A stretch of DNA of 64,000 bases, from NCBI GenBank assembly GCA_041667185.1, contig JBAYFM010000006.1:6591-70590 (forward strand). Reading direction: 5' to 3'. The notes under the pieces are model-generated. The model was not told the origin of the DNA. It saw only the letters and a list, made by a program, of their open reading frames with translations, and searched no databases. The stretch comes from Patescibacteria group bacterium. Its GTDB lineage: Bacteria; Patescibacteriota; Patescibacteriia; SG8-24. Of this stretch, positions 21,754 through 32,091 are shown piece by piece. A program made the position numbers and the translations under genes. The first letter of the stretch is position 1. Each line of letters opens with the position of its first letter.

Positions 21754-22947
21754 ATGAAACTCGCCGTCGTGGCCGATCTTAAGAAATTGGCCGGCAAACG
21801 CGTCTTGGTCCGCGTGGACTTCAACATCCCTCTCGGCCCGAAAGGCCGGATCGAACCAGCCGAAGGAGCCAAGATTCAGGCCACGCTTCCGACCGTGGAA
21901 TACCTGGTCCGCGCGAACGCCAAAGTCATCCTGGTCTCGCATCTGGGCCGGCCGCAGGGCTGCGAGCCGAAATATTCGCTGGCGCCGATCGCTAAGTATC
22001 TCGCCAAGCTGCTGGATCGTCCGGTCAGGTTCATTGATGATTGTCTGGAAGATGATGCCGACCAGGTCGCCAAGAAATTGGCGCAGCTTCAGGACGGCGA
22101 GGTCGCACTGCTCGAAAACATCCGGTATTACCCCGAGGAGGAGAAGAACGATGCTAGGTTCGCCAAGCGGTTGGCTGGTCTCGCCGACATTTTCGTGAAC
22201 GATGCTTTCGCGACTTGCCATCGCGCCCACGCTTCGACCGCCGGCGTGACGAAGTTCCTGCCGAGCTATGCCGGCCTGCTCGTCGAGAAGGAAGTGGTGA
22301 GTCTCGACAAACTGCTCAAGAAGCCGAAGAAACCGTTCTATGTGCTCATGGGCGGCGCCAAGATCTCGTCGAAACTTCCGACGCTCGAGAAGATGCTCCA
22401 GACGGCCGACAAGGTTTTTGTCGGCGGCGGCATGGCCAACAGTTTCTTCAAGGCCCGGGGTTACGGCATCGGCAAGTCGAAAGTCGAGCCGGAGGAGGTC
22501 AGGTTCGCCAAGAAGCTCCTGAAGAACAAGAGACTGATCCTACCGGTTGACGTGCTCGCGGCTTCGGCGCTCAAGGAAAATGCCGCGGTCCGCGTGGCCA
22601 AGCCCGATGACGTGCGCCCGAACGAGTACATCGTCGATATCGGCACGCAGACGATGCGCGACTTCGCGCTCGAACTGAAGAAAGCCAGGACGCTCGTCTG
22701 GAACGGACCGGTCGGCCTCTTCGAGATCCGCAAGTTCAGCCACGGCTCGATCATCCTCGGCCGCGTCATCGCGGCGCATTCGCGCGGCCGCGCTTTCGGC
22801 GTCGTCGGCGGCGGCGAGACGATCGTCTGCCTGGAACGGACCGGCATGGCCGAGTACGTCGACCACATCTCGACCGGCGGCGGCGCGATGCTGGAGTACC
22901 TGTCCGGCAAGGTCTTGCCGGGGATCAAACCCTTATTGCATAAATAA
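21754..22947 (+). CDS. pgk: Phosphoglycerate kinase
   Basis: RVDFNIP, SHLGRP, NDAFATCHRAHAS, GGAK, WNGPVG, HISTGGGA. Confidence 0.97.
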   Translation: MKLAVVADLKKLAGKRVLVRVDFNIPLGPKGRIEPAEGAKIQATLPTVEYLVRANAKVILVSHLGRPQGCEPKYSLAPIAKYLAKLLDRPVRFIDDCLEDDADQVAKKLAQLQDGEVALLENIRYYPEEEKNDARFAKRLAGLADIFVNDAFATCHRAHASTAGVTKFLPSYAGLLVEKEVVSLDKLLKKPKKPFYVLMGGAKISSKLPTLEKMLQTADKVFVGGGMANSFFKARGYGIGKSKVEPEEVRFAKKLLKNKRLILPVDVLAASALKENAAVRVAKPDDVRPNEYIVDIGTQTMRDFALELKKARTLVWNGPVGLFEIRKFSHGSIILGRVIAAHSRGRAFGVVGGGETIVCLERTGMAEYVDHISTGGGAMLEYLSGKVLPGIKPLLHK

Positions 22948-22967
22948 CGGCTTAACCAAGCTCGAAT

Positions 22968-23750
22968 ATGGACATGAATAATGACAAGATCGGCTGCTGC
23001 CGCTGCAAGGGAAAAGCGCCCATGATGATCGCTGCGCTGCTGATGCTGGCGCTCACGGCTTGGCTCGGGCTCAAGGCCAGGAATGCCTGGCGCGAATACG
23101 AGTTCATCGGCGTGCCGATCGAGCGGCACACGTTCACGATCGCGGGCGAGGGCCGCGTCTCGGTCATTCCGGACATCGCCAAGATCGAGATCGGCAATGT
23201 GGTCGAACGGCCGACGGTCGGCGCGGCGCAGAAAGAGAACACGCGGATCATGAATGCGTTCAACGAGAAACTGGATTCGTTCGGCGTCGTCAAGGCCGAC
23301 GTCCAGACCTCGAACTATTCCATCCAGCCGGTCTACGATTGGAATGACGGCAGACAGCTCTTGCGCGGCTACCAGGTGGCGCAGAATCTGCGGCTGAAGA
23401 TCCGCAACCTCGACAACGTCGGCGACATCATCGGCGCCGCCGGCACGCTTGGCGCCAATCAGATCGGCGGCATCGAGTTCACGGTCGACGAACCGGAGGC
23501 GGTCAAAGAGCAGGCGCGGGTCAAGGCGCTAGAGAACGCCAAGAGCAAGGCCGACGCCCTGTCCAAGGTCGTGGGCGTCGAGATCGTTCGGGTCATCTCT
23601 TTCAGCGAGAACTCCACCGAGCCGATCTATAACCGGCCGTATTTCGCCGACAAGGCCATGGCCGTCGGCGGCGCGCCAGCTGCGCCGGACATTCAGGCCG
23701 GCAGCGCGGAGTACGTCATCAATGTCGACGTGACTTACGAGATCCGCTAA
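22968..23750 (+). CDS. SIMPL (DUF541) domain protein
   Basis: [31 protein letters not shown]. Confidence 0.85.
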   Translation: MDMNNDKIGCCRCKGKAPMMIAALLMLALTAWLGLKARNAWREYEFIGVPIERHTFTIAGEGRVSVIPDIAKIEIGNVVERPTVGAAQKENTRIMNAFNEKLDSFGVVKADVQTSNYSIQPVYDWNDGRQLLRGYQVAQNLRLKIRNLDNVGDIIGAAGTLGANQIGGIEFTVDEPEAVKEQARVKALENAKSKADALSKVVGVEIVRVISFSENSTEPIYNRPYFADKAMAVGGAPAAPDIQAGSAEYVINVDVTYEIR

Positions 23751-23767
23751 GTGCTGATCATCATCTT

Positions 23768-25027
23768 ATGGCTAACAAGATCAAGGACATCAGGGCGAGG
23801 GAAATTCTCGATTCGCGCGGCAATCCGACGCTCGCGGTGAAGGTCGAAGTCGAAGGCGGATTCTTCGGCGCCGCTTCGGTGCCGTCCGGCGCTTCGACCG
23901 GCGTCCATGAGGCGCTCGAACTCCGCGACGGCGACAAGAAACGCTACGGCGGCCAGGGCGTGCTCAAAGCCGTCGAGAACGTCAACAAGATCATCGGACC
24001 GAAGCTGCGCGGCATGGACGTCACTCTGCAGCGCAAGATCGACGACGCGATGCTCGGCCTCGACGGCACGGAGAACAAGTCCAAGCTCGGCGCCAACGCC
24101 ATCCTGGGCATCTCGCTCGCGTGCGCCCGCGCCGGCGCCGCCGTCCGCGGCGTCCCGCTCTACGTCTACCTGCGCTCGGTCTACGGCATCGATCGCAAGG
24201 GGTTCGAACTGCCGCTGCCGATGATGAACATCCTGAACGGCGGCCGGCACGCCGATTTCGCGATCGACTTCCAGGAATGCATGATCATCCCGAAGATGAA
24301 GAGATTCGCGGAACGCGTCCGCGCCGGCAGCGAGATCTTCCATGCGCTCGGCAAGATCCTGAAGAAGAAGGGCTACGTCACTTCGGTGGGCGACGAAGGC
24401 GGCTTCGCGCCGCGCCTCGCCTCGAACGAAGAAGCGTTCGAACTCATCCTCGACGCGATCGAGGACGCCGGTTACGCTCCAGGCAAGGACGTGGCGCTCG
24501 GCGCCGACGTGGCGGCTTCGGAGTTCTATGACGAGGACAAGAAAGTCTACAACCTGAATGTCGAAAAGAAGGTCCTGGCTCCGGCCGAGCTCATCAAGCT
24601 GTACGAGAAGTGGCTGGCCAAATATCCGTTCATCCTCATCGAGGACGGTCTGGCCGAGGATGACTGGGAGAACTGGGAGGACCTGACCGCTAAGCTCGGC
24701 AAGAAGCTGGCGCTCATCGGCGACGATCTCTTCGTCACGAACGTCAAGCGTCTGGAGATGGGCATCAATCGCAAAGTCGGCAACGCCATCCTGATCAAGG
24801 TCAACCAGATCGGTTCGCTCTCCGAGACCATGGATACGATCATGCTGGCTCAGCAGAACAAGTACAAAGTCGCCATCTCGCACCGTTCCGGCGAGACCGC
24901 GGATACCTTCATCGCCGATCTCGCGGTGGCGGTCGGGGCCGAATTCATCAAGACCGGCAGCCTGTCGCGGAGCGAACGGCTGGAGAAGTACAACCGGCTC
25001 ATGGAGATCGAAGAGGAGATCGCCTGA
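23768..25027 (+). CDS. eno: Enolase
   Basis: [41 protein letters not shown]. Confidence 0.98.
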   Translation: MANKIKDIRAREILDSRGNPTLAVKVEVEGGFFGAASVPSGASTGVHEALELRDGDKKRYGGQGVLKAVENVNKIIGPKLRGMDVTLQRKIDDAMLGLDGTENKSKLGANAILGISLACARAGAAVRGVPLYVYLRSVYGIDRKGFELPLPMMNILNGGRHADFAIDFQECMIIPKMKRFAERVRAGSEIFHALGKILKKKGYVTSVGDEGGFAPRLASNEEAFELILDAIEDAGYAPGKDVALGADVAASEFYDEDKKVYNLNVEKKVLAPAELIKLYEKWLAKYPFILIEDGLAEDDWENWEDLTAKLGKKLALIGDDLFVTNVKRLEMGINRKVGNAILIKVNQIGSLSETMDTIMLAQQNKYKVAISHRSGETADTFIADLAVAVGAEFIKTGSLSRSERLEKYNRLMEIEEEIA

Positions 25028-25166
25028 CCGCTGACAACCGGATCAATCAACCGCCTCCCGCGCCAGCAGGGGGCGGTTTTAGCTTAATTAAGGCTAATCT
25101 TGATCTTCGGTGGTCGGGAGCTTCATTTTTGGCTCTCTTACTTGTATAATTTCTACCACGCCCATT

Positions 25167-26738
25167 ATGACCACCAAAAAAATCGCCGCCGCTAAAATTC
25201 CGCCCGTCGTTCTGGCTGTCATTGATGGCTGGGGCTTGGCACCGCCAGGCCGGGGTAACGCAATCTCGCTCTCCAAGACGCCGAACTTGGACGCTTTGTT
25301 CGGCAAATATCCGCATTCCCAGCTCATGGCGCACGGCCGTTACGTCGGCCTGCTGCCCGACCAGGAAGGCAACTCCGAGGCCGGCCACATGAACATCGGC
25401 GCCGGCCGGATCGTCCGGCAAGATATTTCTTATGTCACCGAGGCGATCAAGGATCGCACTTTTTTCAAGAATACCGCTTTCAAGGAGGTCCTGAAGCACG
25501 CCAAGAAATACGGCACCACGGTTCATCTCATGGGCTTGCTTTCGAACGGCAACAGCGCTCATGCCTGTCCGGAGCATCTTTACGCCCTGTTGGAATTTTG
25601 CCGCGACGAAGGCATTGACCGGGTGTTGCTGCATCTCTTCACCGACGGCCGCGATTCGCCGCCGTTCTCGGCCACGCGGCTCCTGCATGATCTCGAGAAA
25701 CGGCTGTATCCGAACCAGCAGATCGCCACGGTCATGGGCCGCTTTTACGCCATGGACCGCAACAAGCGCTGGCCGCGCATCGAGCTGGCTTATAATGCCA
25801 TCGTCTGCGGCGAAGGCCTCGTGGCGGCGAACGCCCACGCAGCCATCCTGCACGGCTACAATCGCGGCGAGTCCGACGAATTCATCTTGCCGACCGTGAT
25901 GGTGGGCGAGGACAAGCGGCCGATCGGCGGCGTCCACGACAATGACGTCGTCATTTTCTTCAACCTGCGCAGCGATCGCGCCCGCGAACTGACCAAGGCT
26001 TTCGTGCAGAAGGATTTCGAACAGCGTTCCGAAGGCGTCTTCAAGCGCAAGTGCGTGCCGCGCAACACCCGCTTCGCGGTGATGGCGGATTTCGGACCTG
26101 ATCTGCCGCATGTCTTCACCGCGTTCCCCAGCCGCGACATCCAGCTCGGCCTCACCGAGGTGCTCGCGCCAGTGCGGCAGTTCTACATCGCCGAATCCGA
26201 GAAATACGCGCACGTGACCTACTTCTTCAACGGCGGCTTCGCCGACCCGCGCGTCGGCGAGGAGCGGATGCGCGTGCCGTCGCCTTTCGTGGCCCATTAC
26301 GATTCCAAACCGGAGATGCGCGCCATGACCATCGCCGGCGAAGTGGCGCGCCGGGTGCGGTCCGGACTCCATGATTTTACCGTCTTGAATCTCGCCAATC
26401 TCGACATGGTCGGACACACCGGCAATCTGTCCGCGACCATCAAGGCTGTGGAGACGGTCGATCATTGCATCGGGATCATCGCCGAAGCGGTGCTGGAGAA
26501 AAAAGGCCACCTGATACTCACCGGCGATCACGGCAACGCCGAACTCATGATCAATCCCGAGACTGGCGAACTCATGACCGAACATACCGCGAATCCGGTG
26601 CCGTTCCTGCTCGTGAGCGATGTTTTCCGCAAGGCCAAGATCGGCGACGGGATGCTGGCCGATGTCGCGCCGACCATCCTTGATATCATGCATATCCCCA
26701 AACCGGTCGAAATGTCGGGATTTTCGCTTCTCCGCTGA
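25167..26738 (+). CDS. gpmI: 2,3-bisphosphoglycerate-independent phosphoglycerate mutase, copy 1
   Basis: DGWG, GNSEAGH, DGRD, GRFYAMDR, ESEKYAHVT, DMVGHTG, DHGNAE. Confidence 0.93.
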   Translation: MTTKKIAAAKIPPVVLAVIDGWGLAPPGRGNAISLSKTPNLDALFGKYPHSQLMAHGRYVGLLPDQEGNSEAGHMNIGAGRIVRQDISYVTEAIKDRTFFKNTAFKEVLKHAKKYGTTVHLMGLLSNGNSAHACPEHLYALLEFCRDEGIDRVLLHLFTDGRDSPPFSATRLLHDLEKRLYPNQQIATVMGRFYAMDRNKRWPRIELAYNAIVCGEGLVAANAHAAILHGYNRGESDEFILPTVMVGEDKRPIGGVHDNDVVIFFNLRSDRARELTKAFVQKDFEQRSEGVFKRKCVPRNTRFAVMADFGPDLPHVFTAFPSRDIQLGLTEVLAPVRQFYIAESEKYAHVTYFFNGGFADPRVGEERMRVPSPFVAHYDSKPEMRAMTIAGEVARRVRSGLHDFTVLNLANLDMVGHTGNLSATIKAVETVDHCIGIIAEAVLEKKGHLILTGDHGNAELMINPETGELMTEHTANPVPFLLVSDVFRKAKIGDGMLADVAPTILDIMHIPKPVEMSGFSLLR

Positions 26739-26747
26739 CGCAATTTT

Positions 26748-28334
26748 ATGCCCGAAGGCGTACCGAAACCGGTCCTGCTGCTGGTGCTCGATGGTTGGGG
26801 CGTGGCCCCGGCCGGCGAAGGCAATCCCGTTGAGGCCGCCGAGACCCCGGTCTTCGACGACTTGGTCCGTACTTATCCGACCGCGACCGTGCGCGCTTCC
26901 GGCGAAGCCGTCGGTTTGTCTTGGGGCGAGATGGGCAACTCCGAGGTCGGCCATCTGACGATCGGCGCGGGCAAGATCTTCTACCAGTCGCTGCCGCGCA
27001 TCAACATGCAGATCCAGACCGGGGCGTTCTTCGAGAACGACGTCCTGATCAAGGCTGCCGAACACGCCAAGAAGAACAATTCAGCGTTCCATATCATGGG
27101 CATCCTGAGTCCGGGCAACGTCCACGGTTCGGACGAGCACATCTATGCGCTGCTCGAATTCGCCAAGCGTCAGGGACTCACCAAGGTCTTCGTGCACGCG
27201 TTCATGGACGGTCGTGATTCCATCTTCAACATGGGCATCGAGTTCATGCGCGCACTGCAGAAGAAGATGACCGAGCTCGGCGTCGGGCGCGTCGCCTCGA
27301 TGGGCGGCCGTTACTGGGGCATGGACCGCGATAACCGCTGGGACCGGGTCGAGAAAGCCTACAATGCCATCGTCGGCAAGGACGGCGTCGCCAAAAAATA
27401 CGAAGATCCGATCAAGGCCATCGAGGAATCTTACGCCGCCAAGGTCTACGACGAAGAGATCGAGCCGGCCATCTTCACCGAGGGTGGCCAGCCGGTCGGT
27501 CCCGTCAAAGACGGCGACGCTCTGGTCTTCGCGAATTATCGTCCGGACCGTTCGCGCCAGATCGCGCAGGCGTTCTGCATCCCGTCGTTCGCCAAGTTCC
27601 AGCGCGACTACCTGCCCAACCTGTATTTCGCCACGATGATGGAATACGAGAAGGGGACGCCGGCCAAGATCATGTATCCGCCGGAGAACATCGACACCTG
27701 TCTCGCCAAGATCGTCTCGGAAGCCGGCTTGAAGCAGCTGCATATCGCCGAGACGGAAAAATACGCGCACGTCACGTTCTTCATGAACGGCATGCGCGAG
27801 GAGCCGTATCCGGGCGAGGATCGCGTGATCATCCCGTCGCCGCGCGTCTCGTCCTATGATCAGGCACCGGCCATGTCCACGCCAAAGATCGCCGAGCGCA
27901 TCGTCAAGGAATTTGAGGAGAAGAAATACGACCTGATCGTCTGTAATTTCGCGAACGCCGACATGGTCGGGCACACTGGTAAGTTCGAAGCCACCAAACA
28001 GGGCTGCGAGGTCATCGATCAGTGCTTGGGGACGATCGTGAACGCGGCGCTGCAGCACGGCGGCGCGATCGTGATCACGGCCGACCACGGCAACGGCGAG
28101 GAGGTCATCAACCTGCAGACCGGCGAGCTCGACAAAGAGCACAGCACCAATCCCGTGCCGTTCATCGTCGTCGCCGAGAGTTTCCGCGGCCAGGCGTCGC
28201 CGTCGGGCGAGGTGATCGGCGGCGATCTTTCGATCATGCCGCCGGTCGGCATGTTGGCCGATGCGGCGCCGACGGTCCTGAAACTGCTGGGCGTGCCGCA
28301 ACCGAAGGAATTGACCGGCTCGCCGCTCATTTAG
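26748..28334 (+). CDS. gpmI: 2,3-bisphosphoglycerate-independent phosphoglycerate mutase, copy 2
   Basis: DGWG, GNSEVGH, DGRD, ETEKYAHVT, DMVGHTG, ADHGNGE. Confidence 0.93.
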   Translation: MPEGVPKPVLLLVLDGWGVAPAGEGNPVEAAETPVFDDLVRTYPTATVRASGEAVGLSWGEMGNSEVGHLTIGAGKIFYQSLPRINMQIQTGAFFENDVLIKAAEHAKKNNSAFHIMGILSPGNVHGSDEHIYALLEFAKRQGLTKVFVHAFMDGRDSIFNMGIEFMRALQKKMTELGVGRVASMGGRYWGMDRDNRWDRVEKAYNAIVGKDGVAKKYEDPIKAIEESYAAKVYDEEIEPAIFTEGGQPVGPVKDGDALVFANYRPDRSRQIAQAFCIPSFAKFQRDYLPNLYFATMMEYEKGTPAKIMYPPENIDTCLAKIVSEAGLKQLHIAETEKYAHVTFFMNGMREEPYPGEDRVIIPSPRVSSYDQAPAMSTPKIAERIVKEFEEKKYDLIVCNFANADMVGHTGKFEATKQGCEVIDQCLGTIVNAALQHGGAIVITADHGNGEEVINLQTGELDKEHSTNPVPFIVVAESFRGQASPSGEVIGGDLSIMPPVGMLADAAPTVLKLLGVPQPKELTGSPLI

Positions 28335-28335
28335 A

Positions 28336-28412
28336 GTTGGGGAGTCAGGGAGAGGCGAAGCGGGGGAGATCGAGTCTCTCCCTGACCCCGTCTCTCCCTG
28401 ACTCCGTCTCTC
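28336..28412. repeat. Octamer-phased GGAG/CTCC repeat element (inverted arms)
   Basis: GGAGTCAGGGAGAG arm facing CTCTCCCTGACTCCGTCT arm. Confidence 0.75.
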
Positions 28413-28418
28413 GCATTT

Positions 28419-29246
28419 ATGCCCGAATTACCCGAAGTCGAGACCATCCGCCGCCAGTTGGAAAAAGAGGCCGTCGGTCGGCGCATCAAAGGCGTTGATG
28501 TCCGTTTTTCCGGCCGGCTGAATGTGAAGCCGGCGGTTCTGGCCAAAGCTCTGGTCAGCTCCAGGATCATTGCCGCCCGCCGCCGCGCCAAGCTGCTGTT
28601 CGTGGATTTTTCGAGCGGCTGGACGCTCGTACTGCACCTGAAGATGACCGGGCGACTGCTGCTCGTGCCGGCCAAGACCCGGCCTGGCAAGCACGATCAT
28701 CTGGTGTTCCATCTGAACGGCGGGCGCGATCTTTTTTTCGAGGACGTGCGCAAGTTCGGTTATCAGAAACTCATCCGGACCGAGGAGGTCGAGGAGGCAA
28801 TCGTCGTGGCCGGCGATTACGGACCGGAACCGTTGGAGCCGGGATTCACGCTGGCGCGGTTCACAGGCTGCCTGCGCAAGTTCGGCCGCAAGAAGATCAA
28901 GCCGTCGCTCCTGGATCAGACCTGTCTCGCCGGGATCGGCAATATTTACGCCGACGAATCCCTGTGGCGCGCCCGGATCAGGCCGGAGCGCCGCGTCGCC
29001 ACGCTCGGACCGGCGGAGCTCAAGGCGCTCTATGCTGGCGTGCGGGACAGTCTGAAGATCTCGATCCGCAATCGCGGCACTTCGGCCGATGATTATCTGG
29101 ATCTGTACGGCAAAAAAGGCACGAACGAGGCCGCTCTCAAAGCGTACGGCCGCGAGGGCCTGAAGTGCCGCCGGTGTGGCGGCCTGATCGCCAAAGTGCG
29201 GCTGGCCGGCCGGGGCACGCATTATTGTCCGCGTTGCCAGAAATGA
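28419..29246 (+). CDS. mutM: Formamidopyrimidine-DNA glycosylase
   Basis: MPELPEVE, HLKMTG, GIGNIYADE, C-terminal Zn finger. Confidence 0.96.
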   Translation: MPELPEVETIRRQLEKEAVGRRIKGVDVRFSGRLNVKPAVLAKALVSSRIIAARRRAKLLFVDFSSGWTLVLHLKMTGRLLLVPAKTRPGKHDHLVFHLNGGRDLFFEDVRKFGYQKLIRTEEVEEAIVVAGDYGPEPLEPGFTLARFTGCLRKFGRKKIKPSLLDQTCLAGIGNIYADESLWRARIRPERRVATLGPAELKALYAGVRDSLKISIRNRGTSADDYLDLYGKKGTNEAALKAYGREGLKCRRCGGLIAKVRLAGRGTHYCPRCQK

Positions 29247-29285
29247 ATTCATCCGGCGGCTAGACGTCCGCCTGACACTTGATCT

Positions 29286-29939
29286 ATGTTCATACCCGAC
29301 ACGCGCGCGTTCCGTTATCTCAATGATCTCGCCGGGCAGAACTCCATCCTCGACTGGGTCGGCATTTTTGCGGCTAAGTACCTGATCTTCATCATGCTGG
29401 GTTACGTGCTGGCCGCCGCAGCGCTCATCTACTGGCGGGAACATCAGCACCGGCGCGAACCGCTCCTCCGCAAGATCGGGGAGATGTTCTCGCGCCGCCA
29501 CGCGGAGCATTCGGCCGCCGCCGCGGTCGCCGCGGTCCGGGCCCTGGTCGCGGCCGCGTTGGCTTATGTGATCAACCAGCTGATCGCCATGGTCTGGTTC
29601 CGGCCGCGGCCGTTCGTGACCCTGCGCGCGGTCAATAAACTGACCGACACGCCGGCGACCGATAAATCTTTCCCGTCGGACCACACGGCGATCTCGTTCG
29701 CGCTGGCTTTTTCCGTCGTTTATACGAAACCGGCCGCCGGCGCGATCCTGTTCGTCGGAGCCGCGATCGTCGCTCTTGGCCGGGTCTTCGTCGGCGTCCA
29801 TTATCCGAGCGATATTCTCGCCGGCGCGGCCGTGGGCTGCTTTTCAGCCTGGGTGACGCGGCTGGCGGAGCTGCGTTTCCGCGGCTTGGCGCCGCTCAAG
29901 GAACAGCTCAAGAATCTCGGCCGCCGCGCCAAATTATGA
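29286..29939 (+). CDS. PAP2-family phosphatase (BcrC-like undecaprenyl-diphosphatase)
   Basis: RPRPF, SFPSDH, RVFVGVHYPSD. Confidence 0.88.
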   Translation: MFIPDTRAFRYLNDLAGQNSILDWVGIFAAKYLIFIMLGYVLAAAALIYWREHQHRREPLLRKIGEMFSRRHAEHSAAAAVAAVRALVAAALAYVINQLIAMVWFRPRPFVTLRAVNKLTDTPATDKSFPSDHTAISFALAFSVVYTKPAAGAILFVGAAIVALGRVFVGVHYPSDILAGAAVGCFSAWVTRLAELRFRGLAPLKEQLKNLGRRAKL

Positions 29940-31039
29940 TCGCTCTCATCCTGGCTGGCGGCGGCGGCACGCGCCTCTGGCCGGTTTCCCGCCGGAAGAA
30001 TCCCAAACAGGTCGAGGCGATCATCGGCGACCGCTCACTGTTGCAGACGACCTACGCCCGGCTCCGCCGCGGTTTTCCGGCCGCCAAGATCTTCGTCGCC
30101 GCCGGCATCGGCCAGCAGCGGAAGATCGCCGCTCAGCTGCCCCAGCTGCCGGCGGAGAACCTGATCCTCGAACCTTGCCGCCGCGACACAGCCGCGGCCG
30201 TCGGTTTCGCCCTGCTGCGGATCGCGCAGCGCCATCCCGGAGAGACTTTCGTCGTCATCAATTCCGACGCTTACATTCAGGACGTCCCGGAATATCTGCG
30301 CGTCATCAGACTGGCCGGACGCCTGGCCGCCGCGCGGCCGGAGAACGCCGTACTCATCGGGATCGCGCCGGATTATCCGGAGACCGGGTACGGCTACATC
30401 AAGACCGGTCGGCGCGCTCTGAAGCTCGCGGCCGGCGCGGGCCGGAGCCGCCGGACGGATTTCGTTTTCGCGGTCGAGAAGTTCGTGGAGAAACCCGATC
30501 TCGCGACCGCTCGCGAGTATCTGGCGCACGGCGGCTATCTCTGGAATCCGACACTGGTCGTCGGCCGCATCGATCGCTTTCTCGAACTCTACGGCCGGTA
30601 CTTGCCGCGGCACGCCGCCCTGTTCCGCCGGATGGCGGCCGCGTTCGGTACCCGCGGCGAGAAGGCCGCCATCGACCGCTTGTTCGCCCGACTGCCGTCC
30701 GTGAGCATCGATTACGGCATCCTGGAAAAAGAACGGTCCATGCTCGTGCTACCGGCCGCTTTCGGCTGGGCCGACGTCGGCAACTGGCGCGCGGTCAAGG
30801 AAGTCCTGTCGCCGTCCCGCGGGTCCAGCGTCGTCAAAGGCCTGCATGTCGGCCACGAGTCGAGCGGCAACATCATCTATTCGCCGGCCGGCAAACTCGT
30901 CGCCACCATCGGCGTCTCGGACATGGTGATCATCGATACCGGCGACACTGTCCTCGTCTGTCCGCAGGACCGGGCTCAGGACGTGAAGCAGATCGTCAGC
31001 CAACTCGAAGGCTGCGGCAAACTTAAGAAATTCATCTGA
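29936..31039 (+). CDS. manC: Mannose-1-phosphate guanylyltransferase
   Basis: ILAGGGGTRLWPVSR, PETGYGYI, FVEKPD, SIDYGILEK, GWADVG. Confidence 0.88.
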   Translation: MIALILAGGGGTRLWPVSRRKNPKQVEAIIGDRSLLQTTYARLRRGFPAAKIFVAAGIGQQRKIAAQLPQLPAENLILEPCRRDTAAAVGFALLRIAQRHPGETFVVINSDAYIQDVPEYLRVIRLAGRLAAARPENAVLIGIAPDYPETGYGYIKTGRRALKLAAGAGRSRRTDFVFAVEKFVEKPDLATAREYLAHGGYLWNPTLVVGRIDRFLELYGRYLPRHAALFRRMAAAFGTRGEKAAIDRLFARLPSVSIDYGILEKERSMLVLPAAFGWADVGNWRAVKEVLSPSRGSSVVKGLHVGHESSGNIIYSPAGKLVATIGVSDMVIIDTGDTVLVCPQDRAQDVKQIVSQLEGCGKLKKFI

Positions 31040-32079
31040 TGAGAAAGCTACTGATCACGGTCGGCAGCGTCGCGGCGGTCGTCGCTCTGGGCGGCTGGAT
31101 CGCGGCTTGGCTCGTCACGCCGGGGCATCCGGCCGACGCCAGTTTCAGCGTGGCCGCGGGCGAGAACGTCGATCGTATCGTGGCGCGCCTCAGCGATCGC
31201 GGCTTCATCCGCAGCCGGGCGCTGTTCAAGCTGGCGCTCAGGCAAAGCGGCCTGGAAGCGAAACTCCAGCCCGGCAATTATGATCTGGCCGGCGTCTCGA
31301 CCCAGTTCGAGCTCATCAAGAGACTGACGAGCGGGGGAGTCTCCGCTGACGAGTTTGTCCTGCTCATCAAGGAGGGTTGGGATCTGCGTGATATCCAAAA
31401 GCGGCTGGAGGAGCTGGGGTATGCCGGCGCCAAGGAATTTTTCCGGGCGACCGGCGAGCCGCTCGCCGAACCAGGCCGTTCCGACAAGCGGCCCGCGCCG
31501 GATCTGACGGAAGAGTTCCCCATGCTGGCCTCGAAGCCGACCGGCACGAGCCTCGAAGGCTACCTGTTTCCCGACACTTATCGGCTGTTCAAGACAGCGA
31601 CGCCCGAGGAGATCGTGCAGGAACTGGTCGCCAATCTGGAGCGCCGGTTGCGCGCGGCCGGCCTGCTCGACCGGATCGTCGCCGACAAGAAACTGAACGA
31701 GATCCTGACGCTCGCGAGCATCGTGGAGCAGGAAGTGCGATCGCCGGAGGATCGCCGCCTGGTCGCCGATCTTTTCGAGCGCCGCCTGGAGCGGGGGATG
31801 GCCCTGCAGGCCGACTCGACGGTCAATTACGTCACCGGCAAGAGCGCCGCCGCAGCCAGCGCTGCCGATCTTCAGGCCGACTCGCCTTTCAATACTTACC
31901 AATATCCCGGCTTGCCGCCGGGTCCCATCTGCAATCCCGGTCTCTCCGCCGTGAGCGCCGTGCTGGATCCGGAGCCGAACCAGTACTGGTATTTCCTGAC
32001 CGATGACGCGGGGGCGGTGCATTACGCCAAGACCTTCGAGGAACACGTTCAAAACAAAGCGCGCTATCTGCGGCGCTAG
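31039..32079 (+). CDS. mltG: Endolytic transglycosylase MltG (YceG family)
   Basis: LEGYLFPDTY, LASIVEQE, LQADSTV, SPFNTY, GLPPGPICNPG. Confidence 0.92.
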   Translation: MRKLLITVGSVAAVVALGGWIAAWLVTPGHPADASFSVAAGENVDRIVARLSDRGFIRSRALFKLALRQSGLEAKLQPGNYDLAGVSTQFELIKRLTSGGVSADEFVLLIKEGWDLRDIQKRLEELGYAGAKEFFRATGEPLAEPGRSDKRPAPDLTEEFPMLASKPTGTSLEGYLFPDTYRLFKTATPEEIVQELVANLERRLRAAGLLDRIVADKKLNEILTLASIVEQEVRSPEDRRLVADLFERRLERGMALQADSTVNYVTGKSAAAASAADLQADSPFNTYQYPGLPPGPICNPGLSAVSAVLDPEPNQYWYFLTDDAGAVHYAKTFEEHVQNKARYLRR

Positions 32080-32091
32080 CCCGGCAACCAT

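Noticed and set aside
25047-27065. Long antisense ORFs (also 13942..15456, 37602..39689, 10967..12472 and others)
   Set aside because: Shadow frames of GC-rich genes with strong codon bias; no recognisable motifs
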